Numbered from the stretch's first letter, positions 27,992 through 38,271 are shown. The stretch is 64,000 nt of DNA from Gemmatimonadota bacterium (GCA_031382385.1 JANMYS010000085.1:2977-66976), one strand, 5' to 3'. A program made the numbers and translations. Notes: a model not told the origin generated them from the letters alone.

Positions 27992-28627
27992 CTACGGCCG
28001 GAGCTCCACCTCAACCTTGCCTGACACGAGGTTATTCAGGAACGCTGCCCTCACGACCGCCGGAGAAAAGCCGTACGCGCTGGGGTTGCCGCAGATGGCG
28101 CGCGCCACCGCCACTCTGGTGTGTATGTGTGCGGTCGCCTGGTCCGTCGCGCCCTCGCCATTGTCCTGCACCGCGAAGACGATGCCGTCATCGTTAGGGA
28201 GAACGGCGGCGGGCAGCCCTGGGAATGACCCCGGAGGGTTCATGGCAACCCGCTGCGTGCCCTGGGCGGAGATGACGACCAGGCCGCCACCCATGTCATT
28301 GACGCAATTCACGCGGCCCGCCTGAATGGTGACCTCCAGGCCGTTGGTGGTTTCGACTCTGTACTGCAATTCACCCTTGACCGCACCATCCGCATCCTTG
28401 AAGGCAGTGAAAGCGAAGTTCTCAACGCCCGGCGCGCCGGGCGGAGCGCCCTTGAGCGTCGCATAGTCAAGGATGCCCTTGCCGGTGGCAGACAGAACCG
28501 GGATGGATGTGGCGCTCAGGTCGCCGCTGGGGCCCTGCATTGGAGTGGTGCCCTGCTCGCCGCATCCGGTCATGACCAGTGCGGCCGCAACGGACACCGA
28601 GAGGGGAAGGAAGAATCGGTGCATCAT
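27992..28627 (-). CDS. Hypothetical lipoprotein
   Basis: The start is at MMHRFFLPLSVSVAAALVMTGCG (lipobox). The upstream part of the 449-aa track ORF is implausible. Confidence 0.6.
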   Translation of the reverse strand: MMHRFFLPLSVSVAAALVMTGCGEQGTTPMQGPSGDLSATSIPVLSATGKGILDYATLKGAPPGAPGVENFAFTAFKDADGAVKGELQYRVETTNGLEVTIQAGRVNCVNDMGGGLVVISAQGTQRVAMNPPGSFPGLPAAVLPNDDGIVFAVQDNGEGATDQATAHIHTRVAVARAICGNPSAYGFSPAVVRAAFLNNLVSGKVEVELRP

Positions 28628-28792
28628 GATGACCTCCGCCTGCATTTGAGGGGAACATTGCCCCGCAGCGAACGCGGGGTACCTTGGATACCGCGGCTCC
28701 AGTCTGGGGAGCCGGCGTTCCCCAGCCGTGGCCCAGCCGTTCCCGCCCGTTGCTCCAGCCGTTCCCGCCTTCCACCCGGTGGAGAACTCCAT

Positions 28793-31687
28793 CTGATTGA
28801 ACTGCTTACGTTGGGGAGACTCGATCTCCAGGATGCCACTGGGGCTCCCTTCGACGACCTGCTGCGCCAGCCCAAGCGGGTAGCGCTGCTGCTGTATCTC
28901 GTGCTGGCCGAGCCCGCCGGACTCCGCCGGCGCGACGCCCTCCTCGCGCTCTTCTGGCCCGACCTCGACACCCTGCATGCCCGGGCCGCCCTCCGCAAAA
29001 CCCTCTATGTCCTGCGTGGTGCGCTCGGCCCCGACGTCATTCTGACGCGCGGCGATGACGAGGTCGGGGTGGATCCGGGGCAGTTCGACTGCGATGCCAT
29101 CGCCTTTGCGGCCGCACTGACCAAGGGTGATATCCCGCGAGCATTGGAGCGCTATCGGGGCGACCTGCTGGCGGGCTATTTCGTGAGTGAGGCGTCGCCC
29201 GAATGGGAACAGTGGCTCGACGCACGGCGTGCCGGGCTTCGCACTCGTGCCGTCGAGGCGGCGTGGCAGCACGCGGCCGGACGGGTGGAAGCGGGCGAGC
29301 TGTCCGAAGGCGCGAAGTGGGCCCGATGGGCCAGCGGCCACGCGCCCGACGACGAGGCCGGTATCCGACGGCTGCTGGAGCTGCTCGGGAGTATGGGCGA
29401 TCGGGCCGGCGTGATGCAGGTCTACGAGGAGTTCCGCAGTCGACTGCGCAGGGAGTACGACGTCGCGCCCGACCCGAAGACCCAGGCACTCGTGGCGGCG
29501 AGCGGTTCGCGCACAGCGCGGCCTCCGCCGCTAGTGCCCGTCACCACCGCCGAGCCGGCGGTGGCATCCACGATTCCTCTCGAGACTCCCCATCCTGCTC
29601 CTCGCGCCCGCCGGTCGTGGAAGCCGGCGATGCTGCTGATGCCGGTGTTAGGCGCCGCAGCCGCGGCGATCGTTCTTGCCCGCCGAACCCAATCCCCCCA
29701 ACTGCAGCCCGATCTCGTCGTCGTCGCCCCGTTCACGGCGTTGTCGGCAAACCTCACACTCTGGCAGGAGGGGATCGTGGACCTGCTGGCCCGGAACCTG
29801 GACGGGGCGGGACCGCTCAAGGTGGTGCCTCCCTCACCGGCGATTCGTGTGTCCGAGGGACGGGTCGCCGATGTCGCGTCCGCCACCCGGCTGGGCCGGA
29901 GCACCGGCGCCGGCCTGGTGGTCTTCGGCTCCCTGCTCGGCCTGGCCGGGGATTCGACCCGGCTGAGTGCCACGGTGCTCGACGTGAGTACCGGACGTTC
30001 GATTGGCGACGTCGAGATCCGGGGCTCGCTGGATCGCATGGATCTCGTGGTGGACTCCCTGACCCGCGGCCTGTTGCGCGTGGTCGGGCAGGTCCGCCAG
30101 ATCGGATCCGCCCGGCTCACCGGAATCGGCTCCCGCTCGGTGCCCGCTCTCAAGGCCTTCCTGCGGGGCGAGCAGTTCCGCCGGCGGACCTCATGGGATT
30201 CGGCCCAGGTCCTCTATGAGGAAGCGGTGGCGCTCGATTCCACCTTCGCGCTCGCCTGGCTGCGGCTGGGTGAGGTCTACGCGACGACGCAGTTCCCGGT
30301 GCCGCTGGCCTCCGGTCCAACGAAAGACAATCCCTGGCACGTCATCTATCGCGCCGGGACCGTCAATCACGGGCTGGCCCGCCACGACAGCCTCATGGTA
30401 GTCGCGGCCGCGGGGGTGGCAGGATTTGAACTCAATCTGGTGCCGGACGCAGAGGCGAGAGCGACGGCCGCACGGGTGTACCAGTCCGCGCTCGAAATGG
30501 CCCGGCTCTATCCGGAGGACGCGGAGGCCTGGTACGCGGTGGCCGTGGTCCAGGATTTTCTTGGCGGCCTGGTGAACACCACAAACGCCGTGACGTACCG
30601 CTCGTACTCCCGGGCCATGGGGCTCGACTCGGGCTTCGCGCCGGCGTACCGCATGGCGCTGCGGATCGCGGGAGACGCGGGCGACGTGACGGGAACGCAG
30701 CGGATTGCGGAGCACTATCTGACGCTCAATCCTCCGGCATCCTCCCGGGCCATTCCGTTCCTTATCGCCCGGCTGCTCCATCCGGCCACCGATTCAACCG
30801 CCGCGCGCCGCCTGCTCGATTCCACCGCCACCGTCATGTTGTGGCCCGGGCTGCTGGCGATCTGGCTGCTGCCCGATACCCAGGAGGCCGCGGTGCGGGT
30901 GGCACGGGAGATCGCCTCCCGGGAGCATGATCCGCGCTATTGGTTCACGGCGGACTTCATCGTCCGCCGAAACCTTGCTGCGGTGCTGGCCTACCGGGGC
31001 CACCTGCGCGAGGCCCTCGCGCTCAGCGGGGACGAGCGCTCCACCTGGTTCGCCAACGTCTTTCCCGAGTTGACGGTCTGGGGTGCGGTGCCGGCGCCGC
31101 GGGCCGACTCGGTGTTCGTCGACTGGCTCATGCACCACACCGACGCGCACGGGCTGCCGTTCTCGCGCTGGTGGTGGGCGGTGCGGCGGGACACGACGGC
31201 ACTGCTGCGGTTCCGCAGCCTTCCCTCCCGGGGAGGGCCGTCGGACCTGGCGTTCCTGGAACTGGGGCGGCGGGATACCGCGGAGGCGTTACGGCAGTTC
31301 ACCGCCTGGCGGGAGGACCACGGCAGTGACTATTTCGGGCTCCTGGCCATGGTCCGCCTCCTGGTGGCAGGCGGCAAGAGGGGTGAGGCGCTCACAATCC
31401 TCAACGGCCGCGAGCCCAATGACTGGCCGCTGCCGTCCCACGTCGTGTGGGCGCTGGAGCGAGCGCGCCTCCTGGAGCTCAGCGGCGACCGCGACGCCGC
31501 GCAGCTCGATTACCAGTTCGTGGCCGACGTGTGGCGCCACGCCGATCCCGATCTGCAATCGCTCGTGGCGGAGGCCCGTACCGCGGTCCGGCGACTCGGA
31601 GGAGACAGGGCCATCGAAAGCGAGCCGGTCCGGGGGCGGACCGGACTCCCCGGTGCCGCCCGCGAGAGCGTCGCGGGCCATCGCTGA
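28793..31687 (+). CDS. SARP/BTAD-family transcriptional regulator with a long TPR-like C-terminal region
   Basis: The N-terminal winged helix reads ..LLTLGRLDLQDATGAP..PKRVALLLYLVLA..LFWPD..ARAALRKTLYVLRGAL. The BTAD region reads ..ALERYRGDLLAGY..WLDARRAGL..MQVYEEFRSRLRREYDVAPDPKT. There is no in-frame ATG or GTG nearby. Candidate starts are CTG 28793, ATT 28796 or TTG 28811. Confidence 0.7.
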   Translation: MIELLTLGRLDLQDATGAPFDDLLRQPKRVALLLYLVLAEPAGLRRRDALLALFWPDLDTLHARAALRKTLYVLRGALGPDVILTRGDDEVGVDPGQFDCDAIAFAAALTKGDIPRALERYRGDLLAGYFVSEASPEWEQWLDARRAGLRTRAVEAAWQHAAGRVEAGELSEGAKWARWASGHAPDDEAGIRRLLELLGSMGDRAGVMQVYEEFRSRLRREYDVAPDPKTQALVAASGSRTARPPPLVPVTTAEPAVASTIPLETPHPAPRARRSWKPAMLLMPVLGAAAAAIVLARRTQSPQLQPDLVVVAPFTALSANLTLWQEGIVDLLARNLDGAGPLKVVPPSPAIRVSEGRVADVASATRLGRSTGAGLVVFGSLLGLAGDSTRLSATVLDVSTGRSIGDVEIRGSLDRMDLVVDSLTRGLLRVVGQVRQIGSARLTGIGSRSVPALKAFLRGEQFRRRTSWDSAQVLYEEAVALDSTFALAWLRLGEVYATTQFPVPLASGPTKDNPWHVIYRAGTVNHGLARHDSLMVVAAAGVAGFELNLVPDAEARATAARVYQSALEMARLYPEDAEAWYAVAVVQDFLGGLVNTTNAVTYRSYSRAMGLDSGFAPAYRMALRIAGDAGDVTGTQRIAEHYLTLNPPASSRAIPFLIARLLHPATDSTAARRLLDSTATVMLWPGLLAIWLLPDTQEAAVRVAREIASREHDPRYWFTADFIVRRNLAAVLAYRGHLREALALSGDERSTWFANVFPELTVWGAVPAPRADSVFVDWLMHHTDAHGLPFSRWWWAVRRDTTALLRFRSLPSRGGPSDLAFLELGRRDTAEALRQFTAWREDHGSDYFGLLAMVRLLVAGGKRGEALTILNGREPNDWPLPSHVVWALERARLLELSGDRDAAQLDYQFVADVWRHADPDLQSLVAEARTAVRRLGGDRAIESEPVRGRTGLPGAARESVAGHR

Positions 31688-31785
31688 CGGCGACAGTGCG
31701 CCATGATCCGCTCAAACGATGCCGGGTGGAATGCTCGGCGGCCCTCACCCGCGCTGCGCGGATGGTGAAGGCAACACAGGACGGC

Positions 31786-31806
31786 CGGCCCTCATGACGA
31801 GGGCCG
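31786..31806. terminator. Short GC hairpin between convergent genes
   Basis: An 8-bp stem (cggccctc / gagggccg) closes a 5-nt loop. There is no T-run. Confidence 0.3.
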
Positions 31807-31828
31807 TCGGTCACATCACCTCGAAAAG

Positions 31829-32512
31829 TTACCCGCTCCGCTCCACGTGTGTGACGGCCGCCTCACACATCGCGGTCAGACTCAGTCGAGTGGTATCCAG
31901 CTCGACCAGCGGTCCGCGCTTCCGGGCCTGGTGCCGCAGCGCCTGCTCCCGTAGGTCATAAAACTCCTGAGACTCCAGCACCAGCTGCTCGACCCGGGTC
32001 CGCCGCCTGGGCAGCCGCTCCCGGATCCGGTGGCAGGCGGTCTCATAGTCCGCGGTGAGGAAGAGTGTCAGATTGGGAACGCAGAGGTAAGGCTCGAAGG
32101 GAGCGCAGATCCGGTCCAGATCGGTTTCGATAAAGGCTGACTCCGCCAGCAGGAGGGAGAGAGGGCTTTCCAGGTACCGATCGCAAATCACATCGCTCCG
32201 GGCCAGTTGTTGCCGGACCAGGTCGGAAAGTTGCAGAGTGGCGCCCAGGTAGTAGAGCAGCCGCGGAAGTGCGGCGACGTCGGTATCGAGCGCGACCTTC
32301 TCCCGGAACGCCACGAACTCCAGCGGATAATGGAACACCACGGCTCCCCGCCGGTCGCTGAGCGCCTGGGCCACGGTGCTCTTCCCCACCCCGTTGCAGC
32401 CCGACACCACGATGAACTTCCGCTCCGAAGGCCCCGGGCTCGTCCTGCCACCCGGCGCCGCGTCCGCATTCCGGTCGGCGACCGAGGTCGGTGTTCCACT
32501 GCCAGCGGTCAT
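31829..32512 (-). CDS. P-loop kinase of the thymidylate / deoxynucleoside kinase fold
   Basis: 227 aa with Walker A (GCNGVGKST) and a DRY-type motif (CDRYLES). Confidence 0.6.
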   Translation of the reverse strand: MTAGSGTPTSVADRNADAAPGGRTSPGPSERKFIVVSGCNGVGKSTVAQALSDRRGAVVFHYPLEFVAFREKVALDTDVAALPRLLYYLGATLQLSDLVRQQLARSDVICDRYLESPLSLLLAESAFIETDLDRICAPFEPYLCVPNLTLFLTADYETACHRIRERLPRRRTRVEQLVLESQEFYDLREQALRHQARKRGPLVELDTTRLSLTAMCEAAVTHVERSG

Positions 32513-32643
32513 GTGGCGCGCCGACCTTTCTGTTGCGGTTGATCAGCCCTTGAATGGAGCGGCGTGGAGGGCTTCCTTCCACCCATACGCCTCCCGACGT
32601 TCCCCGCAGTCATCGTACACCGCGCTTCTGATCGAGGCCAGTC

Positions 32644-33864
32644 GTGACAGGTCCGCGGACACCGCACACCCCCAGTATGACGGAGATGCTCGAACGCGCC
32701 CGGGAGATCAGCCGCACGGTTCTCTCCCGGTGGGCCCCGGTGGTGGACCGCGAAAACCGCTTTCCCCACGAGAGCGTGGCGGCGCTGCGGGAGGCCGGAT
32801 TGCTGGGCTATTTCGTCCCGCCGGAGCTCGGTGGCCTCGGCGGTGACGTCGACACCTACCGCCAGATTGCCGAGCTGCTGGGTCGGGAGTGCCTGTCGAC
32901 GGCGATGATCTGGGTGATGCACGCGCACCAGACCGCCGTGCTGGCGGACCATCGCACGCCGGCCCACGACCCGTACCTCCGCGAGATCGCGGCCAACGGC
33001 CTGCTCCTGGCCTCGGTGACCTCGGAATACGGCAAGGGGGGCGACGTGTTGCGGGCCGATGCCCCACTTGAGCGCGAGGGTGCACTCCTGAGGGTGCGGC
33101 GGCGGGCCCCGGCGGTCAGTTACGGCGCCCAGGCCGGGTTCTTTCTGGTCACCATGCGCTCGGCGGAGGGCAGACCTCCGACGGATGTCACCCTGGTCCT
33201 GCTGCGGCCTGAAGATGGAGCCGTCGGTGTGTCAGGCGAGTGGCACGCCATGGGGCTGCGGGGAACCGCCAGCGCTCCGATGGAGTTCGATGTCGCCGTG
33301 GACAGTCACCGCATCGTCGGTGATTCGTTCCGGGAGGTCGCCCTGAGGACGCTGGTGCCGCTGGCACAAGCGGGGTGGACGGCGGCCTGGTTCGGGGCCG
33401 CCCGAGGGGCCGTCGCCCGCTTTCTCCAGGAGCAGCGCCAGCGGCGGACCCGAGACCTCAACTCCGACCTCTTCCTGAGCCGGCTGGCCGAGTTGCGGCT
33501 CGAGCTCGATCTGATCGAGTCGCTCCTGCTACGAGTGACTCACCGCCTGGACGAACTCCGGAAACAGCACGCCCCGTTCGCCAGCTACGAGGATTTCGGC
33601 CACAACATCCTGGTCAACAACCTGAAGCTCGCCGGGTCGCGACTCGCCTTCTCGGTGGCGGACGGACTGATCGAGCTGAGCGGCCTCAACTACGGCTACC
33701 TCCAGTCGGACGGCTCCGGGTTGGAGCGGGTTTTCCGCGACCTCCGCTCCGCCGCGCTGATGTACAGCAACGACCGTCTCCTGCAGGCCAACGGACGGCT
33801 GCTGCTGGTCGAGAACCTGCCGGTGAACCGCATCTGGGACCCAGCCACGCCGGATCACCGCTAG
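32644..33864 (+). CDS. Acyl-CoA dehydrogenase family flavoprotein
   Basis: 406 aa with ..RFPHESVAALREAGLLGYFVPPELGG.., MGLRGTAS and ERVFRDLRSA. Confidence 0.85.
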   Translation: MTGPRTPHTPSMTEMLERAREISRTVLSRWAPVVDRENRFPHESVAALREAGLLGYFVPPELGGLGGDVDTYRQIAELLGRECLSTAMIWVMHAHQTAVLADHRTPAHDPYLREIAANGLLLASVTSEYGKGGDVLRADAPLEREGALLRVRRRAPAVSYGAQAGFFLVTMRSAEGRPPTDVTLVLLRPEDGAVGVSGEWHAMGLRGTASAPMEFDVAVDSHRIVGDSFREVALRTLVPLAQAGWTAAWFGAARGAVARFLQEQRQRRTRDLNSDLFLSRLAELRLELDLIESLLLRVTHRLDELRKQHAPFASYEDFGHNILVNNLKLAGSRLAFSVADGLIELSGLNYGYLQSDGSGLERVFRDLRSAALMYSNDRLLQANGRLLLVENLPVNRIWDPATPDHR

Positions 33865-34580
33865 CGGGACGAGAGCACTCCCAGCAGCCGTCCGTCCGCG
33901 TGCATCTCTTCGACAACCTGGTGGCTTGCTCCCGGCTGGGGACAGAGCTCGACGCCGGGACAGCCCCCGATCCGCTCGGCGAACTCGCGGTCCCGCGGGG
34001 AGTCCAGACAGTAGAAGATCTTGTATCGGGTCTGCCCGTTATGCTCGGCCAGCAGCAGCCTCAGATCACGATGGGCCTCGGGAAACCGCCAGGTATCGTT
34101 TCGCCCGGCCATCTTGCCCAGACGTTCGAGGTCGATCAGCGTCTGGGGAGAGAAGGCGTAGACGACGTCGGCCTTGAGGTAGTGCCCGAACAGGATGGCG
34201 GCGTACCCGCCCATCGAGCTCCCGAGGCAGAAGGAGCGACGCACGTGGGGCAACGCCTCCCGACACGCCACAAGGTGGCGCCGAAGCGCTTCGATGTCCG
34301 GCAGCTCCCGATTGACGCCGGCATGATAAAAGAACTGGTTGTAGTCCCGAGCCATGACCAGATTGACGTCCATCAGTCCCGTCGCACGGAAGAATGTCAA
34401 CGGTTCCATCGTGAGCCGCATTCGCCGTCCCTGGAATACATAGAACAGCTCGGTGGAATCGGGGCGCTTCCAGGTGACCAGCGCCTGTGCCTCCTTAACC
34501 GCCACCGGCACCAGGTCTGCCTGCCTGTCGCGCCAGTGCCTCCGGAACCAGATGTACACCCGCTCGAGAATCGTTGGCAC
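33861..34580 (-). CDS. Hypothetical protein with an alpha/beta-hydrolase-like nucleophile elbow
   Basis: 239 aa with a GxSxG motif in CLGSSMGGYAAILFG. It overlaps the ACAD gene convergently by 4 bp. Confidence 0.5.
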   Translation of the reverse strand: MPTILERVYIWFRRHWRDRQADLVPVAVKEAQALVTWKRPDSTELFYVFQGRRMRLTMEPLTFFRATGLMDVNLVMARDYNQFFYHAGVNRELPDIEALRRHLVACREALPHVRRSFCLGSSMGGYAAILFGHYLKADVVYAFSPQTLIDLERLGKMAGRNDTWRFPEAHRDLRLLLAEHNGQTRYKIFYCLDSPRDREFAERIGGCPGVELCPQPGASHQVVEEMHADGRLLGVLSSR

Positions 34581-34707
34581 GGTTCGGTTCCTCTTGCGAC
34601 GTGGGCAAAGTGCACAGTAGCATTGGCCGCAGGCCTACGGCTCTGGCGACAACTCCACCAGCACTACCGCACGCACTAGTCTGACAACTCGGCATTACGG
34701 GAGAACC

Positions 34708-35862
34708 ATGAGCACTGGTACGACGGAGCCGGACCTCGCGCTGGGTCCTGAGTGGGCCGCCCTGGAGTTGCTGAGCATAGGGCGGGCGTGGGAGCAACCG
34801 GAGCAGCTCCTGAGGCTGCTCTCGCTGCCCGCATTCCACTGGGGCGAGGTGCTGGAACAGGCGCTGCGCCACCAGATGCTCCCGCTACTCGCGTGGCATG
34901 CGCTCGAGCTCGCCGAACGGCACGGACTCCCGCTCCCGGGGCGCCTTGCTCAACACCTGTCCGAAGTCCTTGAAACCAATCGCTGGCGTCTTCAGGTCTT
35001 CCGCCGCGAGGCGGCCCGGATCACCACGGCGCTCCGGGCGCTCGACGTCCCGTTTGTGGCGACCAAGGGCATCACCTTCGAGTCGACGATCTACCGCGGC
35101 GCTGGTGTGCGGATGCTGAAGGATATGGACTTCATGATCCCGCCAACCGCCCGCGAGACGGTGGCCGTCGCACTCCAAACGCTGGGATATCGGCCCGGCA
35201 ACTACGATCGAGCCACCGGAACAATCGTGCCCCTGGCGCGCCGGATGGAGATGACCTACGCGCTGAACCCGGACCATCTGCCCCGTCACGCCCGTCTGGC
35301 CGACGATCCCTGTGTTCCCTTCCTCTACGTGGACTTCGCCAACAGTCTGACCTGGAGCAAGAGCCCCTACGAGGTGCCCGTCGATGAGGCGTTGCGGCAC
35401 CGGGTGGCGCTACCTCTCCCGGACCTCGCACCGGAAACGATTCCCTGCTTCACTCCCGACTTCCAGTTCCTCTTCACGGTGCTCCACCTCTTCCGGGAGG
35501 CGTGGATGGAGCAGTGGCTCGAGATGGAACTCGACGTCAGCCTGATGAAGTTCGGCGATGTCATCCTGCTGTTCTACGCACATCGGGAGGAACTTTCCGG
35601 TGGGCGATTCTCTGCCCTGCTGGAGCAGTACGGCGTAGTCGAACCGGTGGCCTGGGTGCTGGAACATACCGATCGGACCTTCGGGACCGGAATGATCGAG
35701 GCACTCGGTCTCAAGGGGCGGGTGAACGACCAGTGGCTCGCCCACGCCCACCCGTCCCATGGCAGGGAGCGGGCGTGGCGGGGCACGATGCGGGAGCGGC
35801 TGTGGGCCAAGGACCGGCGGGCACTGTTTACACTGATCGAGGCCCAGCCTACGCGGTCCTAG
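34708..35862 (+). CDS. Uncharacterised nucleotidyltransferase family protein (NTP_transf_5-like)
   Basis: 384 aa with ..ATKGITFESTIYRGAGVRMLKDMDFMIPP..ALQTLGYRPG... This fits the KG..R..D-D..L..GY pattern I remember for PF14907. Confidence 0.55.
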   Translation: MSTGTTEPDLALGPEWAALELLSIGRAWEQPEQLLRLLSLPAFHWGEVLEQALRHQMLPLLAWHALELAERHGLPLPGRLAQHLSEVLETNRWRLQVFRREAARITTALRALDVPFVATKGITFESTIYRGAGVRMLKDMDFMIPPTARETVAVALQTLGYRPGNYDRATGTIVPLARRMEMTYALNPDHLPRHARLADDPCVPFLYVDFANSLTWSKSPYEVPVDEALRHRVALPLPDLAPETIPCFTPDFQFLFTVLHLFREAWMEQWLEMELDVSLMKFGDVILLFYAHREELSGGRFSALLEQYGVVEPVAWVLEHTDRTFGTGMIEALGLKGRVNDQWLAHAHPSHGRERAWRGTMRERLWAKDRRALFTLIEAQPTRS

Positions 35863-36118
35863 GAGCGCCCGGCCGGGACGCCACCAGCTCACGGACGGCG
35901 GCCAGCAGCGTTTCCCCGGTGCGAAACACCTTGGGATCGAGCATGACTGTCGGAAAGGTGATGGCAAACGCCTCTTCCACCTCCAGCAGCAGCGCGATCG
36001 CGCTCATGGAGTCGAGGCCGAGCAGGAAGAGTTCGATCGTCATGTCGATCTCCCCTTCAGGTACTGCGGGGAGGTGCTGGCGGAGACAGCGGTGCAGCGT
36101 TCGAGTGAGCTCGTCCAT
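35849..36118 (-). CDS. Free-standing acyl/peptidyl carrier protein
   Basis: 89 aa with the phosphopantetheine-attachment motif LGLDSMSAI. Confidence 0.75.
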   Translation of the reverse strand: MDELTRTLHRCLRQHLPAVPEGEIDMTIELFLLGLDSMSAIALLLEVEEAFAITFPTVMLDPKVFRTGETLLAAVRELVASRPGAPRTA

Positions 36119-36177
36119 CGCGGCAGTATCCGCGCCGCCCGGATGGTTGTCAAGGTGGCGCCAAGGGAGGAATACAG

Positions 36178-36705
36178 ATGCCGATCGAGCATCAGCATAC
36201 GGTCAAGGCCGGAAGCGTGTCGAAGCTTCTGCTCATCTTCGCGGCCGATGCGCGCGATCCCACTGTGGGGAAGCGGGGCGTGAAATACGACGCGCCCGGA
36301 GCGGTGGCCGCGTACTTCCGTGAAGGAGAGACCGCCGCGCATCCGGTCCCGCTCGCGCCCGGACGCCTGGGGCAGTGGTCTCCCGGCTCGCTGACGGAGG
36401 TCGACGCCGAGCTGATGCCAGGCGTCTATCAGCTCGGAGCGCCTGACGAGATGCTCGCGCGGGGATCGACCCGGGCGCTGCTGCTGGTGCGATTTCCCGG
36501 CGCCACGGTCACCCCGATCGAGATCAGCCTGGTCGCCTACGATCCGCAGGACAGCGAGCGCATCGGCGTATCGAGCCTGGCGAATGCCGAACGTCACCAA
36601 TTCCTGCGCCGGGCCATGCCCCGGCTGACCGAGATGGAACTGGGCCTCGGCGCGGGGGTCGAGGGAGAATTGCGACGGTCACTCACCGCGCGGCCGGAGG
36701 ACTGA
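36178..36705 (+). CDS. Unknown protein, paralog 1 of a tandem pair
   Basis: 175 aa with a strong RBS (gggaggaatacagATG). It shares LMPGVYQ.G.P, ISLVAYDPQD and AAY.REGE blocks with the next gene. Confidence 0.7.
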   Translation: MPIEHQHTVKAGSVSKLLLIFAADARDPTVGKRGVKYDAPGAVAAYFREGETAAHPVPLAPGRLGQWSPGSLTEVDAELMPGVYQLGAPDEMLARGSTRALLLVRFPGATVTPIEISLVAYDPQDSERIGVSSLANAERHQFLRRAMPRLTEMELGLGAGVEGELRRSLTARPED

Positions 36706-36709
36706 CCCC

Positions 36710-37204
36710 ATGTCCTATGTGCTGAAGAAGGGGACGACGGCCAAGCTGATCCTGCTTCATATCCGTGATGCCGCCGACGGCTGTTCCGGCAAAACCGGAT
36801 TGGGACCACTCGCACCCGGTGCCTCGGCCGCGTACCTCCGCGAGGGCGAGCGTGAGCCGCGCCGCATTCCCCTGGTCCTGACCAGGCTGGGTGAACACCT
36901 GCCGGGTGGCATGGCGGAGGCAGACCCCACACTCATGCCTGGTGTCTACCAGTTCGGCCTGCCCAACGCCGTCCTGGAGGGAGGCGCCGACAGCGTAGTG
37001 GTCTATCTCCGATTTGCCGGCGCCATCCTCGAACCCATCCAGATCAGCCTCGTGGCCTATGATCCGCAGGACGAAGCCCAGATGGGGATGACTGCCCTGA
37101 CGCCCGAAGGCCGTATCGCCGCGCTCCGGGGCGCCTTCCCCCGGGTCGCGGCCAGAGAACTCGACGAGATGCAGGCGAAGCTGGAACACTCACGGAAGGA
37201 GTGA
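36710..37204 (+). CDS. Unknown protein, paralog 2 of a tandem pair
   Basis: 164 aa with an RBS (ggagga, 8 nt upstream). By eye it is about 35-40% identical to paralog 1. Confidence 0.7.
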   Translation: MSYVLKKGTTAKLILLHIRDAADGCSGKTGLGPLAPGASAAYLREGEREPRRIPLVLTRLGEHLPGGMAEADPTLMPGVYQFGLPNAVLEGGADSVVVYLRFAGAILEPIQISLVAYDPQDEAQMGMTALTPEGRIAALRGAFPRVAARELDEMQAKLEHSRKE

Positions 37205-38271
37205 AACCCTATCGCCGCAGGCTCATCGGGCTTCCGCTGCAGCGATCGCTGTTCCGCGGTATCAGCCGCGCCCCGGCGACGATCGGCCTGCCTGGTGTGC
37301 TGCCGGATGACCGTCTCGGTGCCTGGCTGGACGACGAGGGGAACCTCTACCTCGACACGACTGATGTCGAGCGCCTGACAGCGGCACTCGCCGCGCGGGC
37401 CACACCGGCATTCTTCGAAGCGATGGAAATTGGCCTGGCCGCCGCCTGCGACGCGGTGATCACATCCACCGAACGGTCCCGGAGTCGTGCCACCTCGGCC
37501 GATGAAGCGGAGGCGCGCGCGCTACTCTCCGAGGTTGGCGAGAGGGTGACGACGTTGCTCCCCTACGGTATCCTGAGCAAGTTCGTCCCCGATGCGCTGT
37601 ATCGGCTGCTCCAGGCCACAGGCGACTCCGACGCCCCCCCCTTCCCGACCAGGAGTCCGGGCACCGAGTTGACCCTGGCGGCGGCGTCCCTCTGCCGCTC
37701 CTGCCACGCACGGGGGTACTCGCCGGAACGGCTACGGACCGAGTGGCCCCTGGTACCACCCGAGGTGGCCACGATGGTGGAGGAATTCTGCGACGACCAC
37801 ACCGGTTTCGGCCCGCTGGCCTGCGAGGCGCCGGGCTACGAAGATCCACGCTATGTAATCGGTATCCTCGAGGGGATGCTCGCCGATGACGATCCCGCAG
37901 CGCTGCTGCGCCGGCTCGCGCCTTCGGCCCGGATTCCATCGGTCGAGATCCCGTGGGCGGAGACGTCGCCGTTGCGCCGGCTGCTGGCAGCCTGGCTCAC
38001 CTTTCTCGATCGGGAAACCTGGTACGTGCGTCGCGCCTTCTACCTCGGCCTGCTCCCGATGCTCCATCGACTGCTGCCCGCGTACCGGCGGACCGACCCT
38101 GGGTTTCTCCCTGAAGACCTCCTGTTCCTGACACTGGATGAACTGATCGCGCCGCCAGCGGAGCCCCGAGTCGCCGCGACCCGCCGGGCGCGATACCTCG
38201 CCGATGCCGAGTACTTCGCGAAATACGGGATCACGGCGGATCGACTCCGTACCATCATGGTGCAGCGATGA
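37201..38271 (+). CDS. Helical-domain protein resembling the substrate-binding domain of rifampin-phosphotransferase / PpsA-like enzymes
   Basis: 356 aa. The GTG start overlaps the upstream stop. The C-terminal block ..LDRETWYVRRAFYLGLLPMLHRLL..PEDLLFLTLDELIA matches the ..DIFFLT..EL segment that precedes the swivel domain in that family. Confidence 0.5.
   Translation: MKPYRRRLIGLPLQRSLFRGISRAPATIGLPGVLPDDRLGAWLDDEGNLYLDTTDVERLTAALAARATPAFFEAMEIGLAAACDAVITSTERSRSRATSADEAEARALLSEVGERVTTLLPYGILSKFVPDALYRLLQATGDSDAPPFPTRSPGTELTLAAASLCRSCHARGYSPERLRTEWPLVPPEVATMVEEFCDDHTGFGPLACEAPGYEDPRYVIGILEGMLADDDPAALLRRLAPSARIPSVEIPWAETSPLRRLLAAWLTFLDRETWYVRRAFYLGLLPMLHRLLPAYRRTDPGFLPEDLLFLTLDELIAPPAEPRVAATRRARYLADAEYFAKYGITADRLRTIMVQR

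Noticed and set aside
28619-28792. 58-codon N-terminal extension of the SARP regulator from the track's GTG start.
   Set aside because: The extension is Arg/Pro/Ser-rich, overlaps the divergent lipoprotein start region and precedes the position where SARP winged-helix domains normally begin.
36178-37204. Prophage or phage-remnant interpretation of the two paralogs.
   Set aside because: There is no integrase, terminase, capsid, tail or lysis gene and no att-like repeats nearby. The genes are translationally coupled to metabolic-type enzymes. Any resemblance to phage proteins is only a remembered sequence pattern.
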